DNA of 63,498 nt, the filler included. It is 7 parts of 7 records of this genome, joined end to end, with 100 filler letters (N's around TTAATTAATTAA, not from the genome) between each part and the next. Parts side by side here need not be neighbours in the genome. Positions count along the whole stretch, not along the records: positions 58,484 to 63,498 come from SRR31156797_35114; 6 more parts are not named here. One strand, written 5' to 3'. The notes under the pieces are model-generated. The model was not told where the DNA came from and searched no databases. It saw nothing but the letters and a program-made list of their open reading frames with translations. Every line of letters starts with the position of its first letter. Within the stretch, counting starts at the first letter, position 1. The position numbers and the translations under genes were made by a program. Positions 61,289-63,498 of this stretch are shown piece after piece.

Positions 61289-61978
61289 CTACTCGATGAC
61301 CAGTCGGTCTTCCTGGCGATCTTCCCGCTCGATCGTGGTCCACTCCAAGCCTTCCTCGCTGACCTTCAGGTGCAGACGCACGACCGCGTCTCCGGCGGCC
61401 GCTTCGCGGATTTCCGCCGTGGTAACCAGCACCTGGAGCCGAGGCGGGGCTTTACGTAGCTTGAAGAACTCGCGCCGCGCCGCCTCCTCGATCGTGGCGC
61501 GGAGTTTGTCGGTACGTTCCGAGGGCCCCAGCGGGCTGGTGCCTATGATGGTCTCCAGTGCGGTACGGGTCAGCTCTTTCGCCACCCGGTTTACGTCAAC
61601 GGCGACCTCGGGCGGTTGGCCCAGTGCCGCCGTCGTCTTCGCTAGCGCTTCTACGAGTTTCTTTCTCAGCTCGGCCGCCAGCGGCACGCCTTCCTCGGTC
61701 AGCGTGCGCACGAGCAGGGCGTCAAATACCTTCCGCATGGCCGGCAAGGCGGGCGCGCCGCGTGCCGGTTCGTCGGCATTGCCCTCCTCCGCCTTGCTGA
61801 CGACCACCGGCACGTCCAACTCGACCGCGGGTAGCCGGAAGTGAGGGACCGGCATGTGCTTGAGCAGGGCATGGGAAGCGTACAACTCGGCCACGCGCAC
61901 GGCTTCGACGTCCGCTTGCATCCGCGCGATGGTCATTTCCGACATCAGGAGTCCAAGGTAGTCTCCGAGATAAGGCAT
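61289..61978 (-). CDS. Hypothetical protein of the DUF2589 operon
   Basis: GGAG RBS; MPYLGDYLG..ARMQAD..HMPVPHFRLP.VELDVPV. Confidence 0.7.
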   Translation of the reverse strand: MPYLGDYLGLLMSEMTIARMQADVEAVRVAELYASHALLKHMPVPHFRLPAVELDVPVVVSKAEEGNADEPARGAPALPAMRKVFDALLVRTLTEEGVPLAAELRKKLVEALAKTTAALGQPPEVAVDVNRVAKELTRTALETIIGTSPLGPSERTDKLRATIEEAARREFFKLRKAPPRLQVLVTTAEIREAAAGDAVVRLHLKVSEEGLEWTTIEREDRQEDRLVIE

Positions 61979-62330
61979 TCCAGTCTCCTCCGAGAAGTCA
62001 CGTCGAATCCAACAGGACCTTGTCTCTTGCTTGACGAGCAGCACGCGCCCGAGGCAATCCGCGGAGCGGCGTGCCTCAGACGGTGCTCACGGACAATCCC
62101 GCCTTCCATTCCGTTGGGACATCCGCTGATCGTGACGGTTCTTCGTCGCCTCTGGCCAATACACATTTATCCTACACGAACCGGCGCCAGAAGCCAAGCG
62201 CGGATCTCACTCCATCCCGCGCCTGGACCGCGCGATTGCAGTACGGGTCCTTTGGTGTAACCGCGGTTGGCTGCCGTGTCGGTCTCGCGGTCGTACGGGC
62301 GGTGCGCCGAGGCTCCTTGCAACCAAAGCA

Positions 62331-63221
62331 CTACTCGATGACCGGTGGCGGTGCCTTGACCGGCTGGCCTTTCATCGCGTCCTCGAGGATGCCGAGGATC
62401 TTCTCCATTCCGGCGGGCATTTCATCCTGTACCGCTTTGATGTGCACCGCCATGGAATAAGTCCTTTGGACATTCATTCCCTGTTGCGTGTTACGCTGAT
62501 AGGAGGTGGAGACTTTCAGTTTCGCTGACCCCCACAACCACCCGGCTTTGGCCTCCAACGACGCGTTGATCTTGAAACTGCTATCCGTCTTGCGATACTC
62601 AGTCGAATTGATCTTGGCGTTAAAATCAACGGTCGTCAGATCGATGCGAATGAAGGGAATGGGCAGCATGGCCAGGATCGGCACCTCGAGCATCATGTCT
62701 CGAATGACTGCCGGCACCTCCGGGGTATTGGCTACCGCCGTGGCCGCGGCTTGGCCACCTCCGGCCGCCGGCGGGGCGATACTCACGGTGGGGGCAGACG
62801 TGTAACCTGCACCGGCAGTGGTCATGTTGAAACCGGTTACGACGCCAGCGGCATCGATATTGGCTGTGGCCGTCGCTTGCGTGCCGCCAGCGGGCGGCGC
62901 TGAGATCGTGACCGCCGGGGCTGCTGCATAGCCCGATCCGCCGGCCACTACCGTGAGACTGACCGACCCGTCACCGGGGCCGACCGCCGGTTCGTAAGGC
63001 GAGACCTCCTTGGGATACTTGAAACGGACATAGATGGGATCGCCTACTTCGGACCCTTTTTCAGGATCCTGGTCACCGGCGGCCTTCTTGAATCCGACCT
63101 CCTTGATGAAGTTGACGGAACTGATCGCCGCCTGGGCTTGGGCGTTCACCACGGCGACGAGCGGTCCTCCGAGCATCGACTCGAAGTCAATAGTGGATAG
63201 CTCTTGTCCTGGCGTTGGCAT
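62331..63221 (-). CDS. DUF2589-like protein with an internal two-repeat insertion
   Basis: [61 protein letters not shown]. Confidence 0.8.
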   Translation of the reverse strand: MPTPGQELSTIDFESMLGGPLVAVVNAQAQAAISSVNFIKEVGFKKAAGDQDPEKGSEVGDPIYVRFKYPKEVSPYEPAVGPGDGSVSLTVVAGGSGYAAAPAVTISAPPAGGTQATATANIDAAGVVTGFNMTTAGAGYTSAPTVSIAPPAAGGGQAAATAVANTPEVPAVIRDMMLEVPILAMLPIPFIRIDLTTVDFNAKINSTEYRKTDSSFKINASLEAKAGWLWGSAKLKVSTSYQRNTQQGMNVQRTYSMAVHIKAVQDEMPAGMEKILGILEDAMKGQPVKAPPPVIE

Positions 63222-63498
63222 TGTGCACCTCCTGTCAGTTTTACCACTTCCTTAACCCAGGCGACTGACGAATCAGCGGCCCGACATGAGCGATACGATG
63301 TTCCGCAAACGGGACGCCTTCAGCGTCCGTTGAACGACCAATGGGATGGGTGGCCCCGCAGTTTGTGCACTCCGTATAGCGCTCCAATGGCGTGAAGGTC
63401 CCGGTTCTGGTTACCGTTGCGCGGCCCCCCCACGATGCCGCGGAAACTGCCGTCCGGCAGCGGGCCGAAAAACAGGTCGCCCCGCCAGTGGATGGCCA

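Overview
The window is seven unrelated contigs joined by six 100-nt N-TTAATTAATTAA-N linkers, so gene context holds only within a contig. (1) 1-13967, GC-rich: a bacterial microcompartment (BMC) locus. Shell genes (BMC-H, GrpU-like, BMC-P, PduT, two BMC-Tdp) and PduS/EutJ are interleaved with a glutamine-synthetase-like gene, an mgsABC/glxBCD-like N-methylglutamate synthase trio, and a five-part flavin/Fe-S amine dehydrogenase. One dehydrogenase subunit carries an encapsulation-peptide-like helix. This looks like an undescribed methylamine/N-methylglutamate metabolosome and is the best novelty candidate. (2-4) 14068-36541, AT-rich and Bacteroidota-like: pncB, a three-gene terpene cyclase cluster, kelch/lipoprotein/TonB genes, cysJ and a DEAD-box helicase. 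(5) 36642-44401: a PEP-synthase-like regulator, a large NAD-glutamate dehydrogenase, a MITE-like element, and an AT-rich Drt3b-like antiviral reverse transcriptase followed by a structured RNA with a CACACACAC tract. (6) 44502-58383: HdrA fragment, hybrid kinase, a duplicated upstream segment, MntA-HepT, and four tandem alpha/beta hydrolases. (7) 58484-63498: cupin, His-rich metal transporter and a DUF2589-type operon. All calls come from reading motifs by eye; no searches were run.
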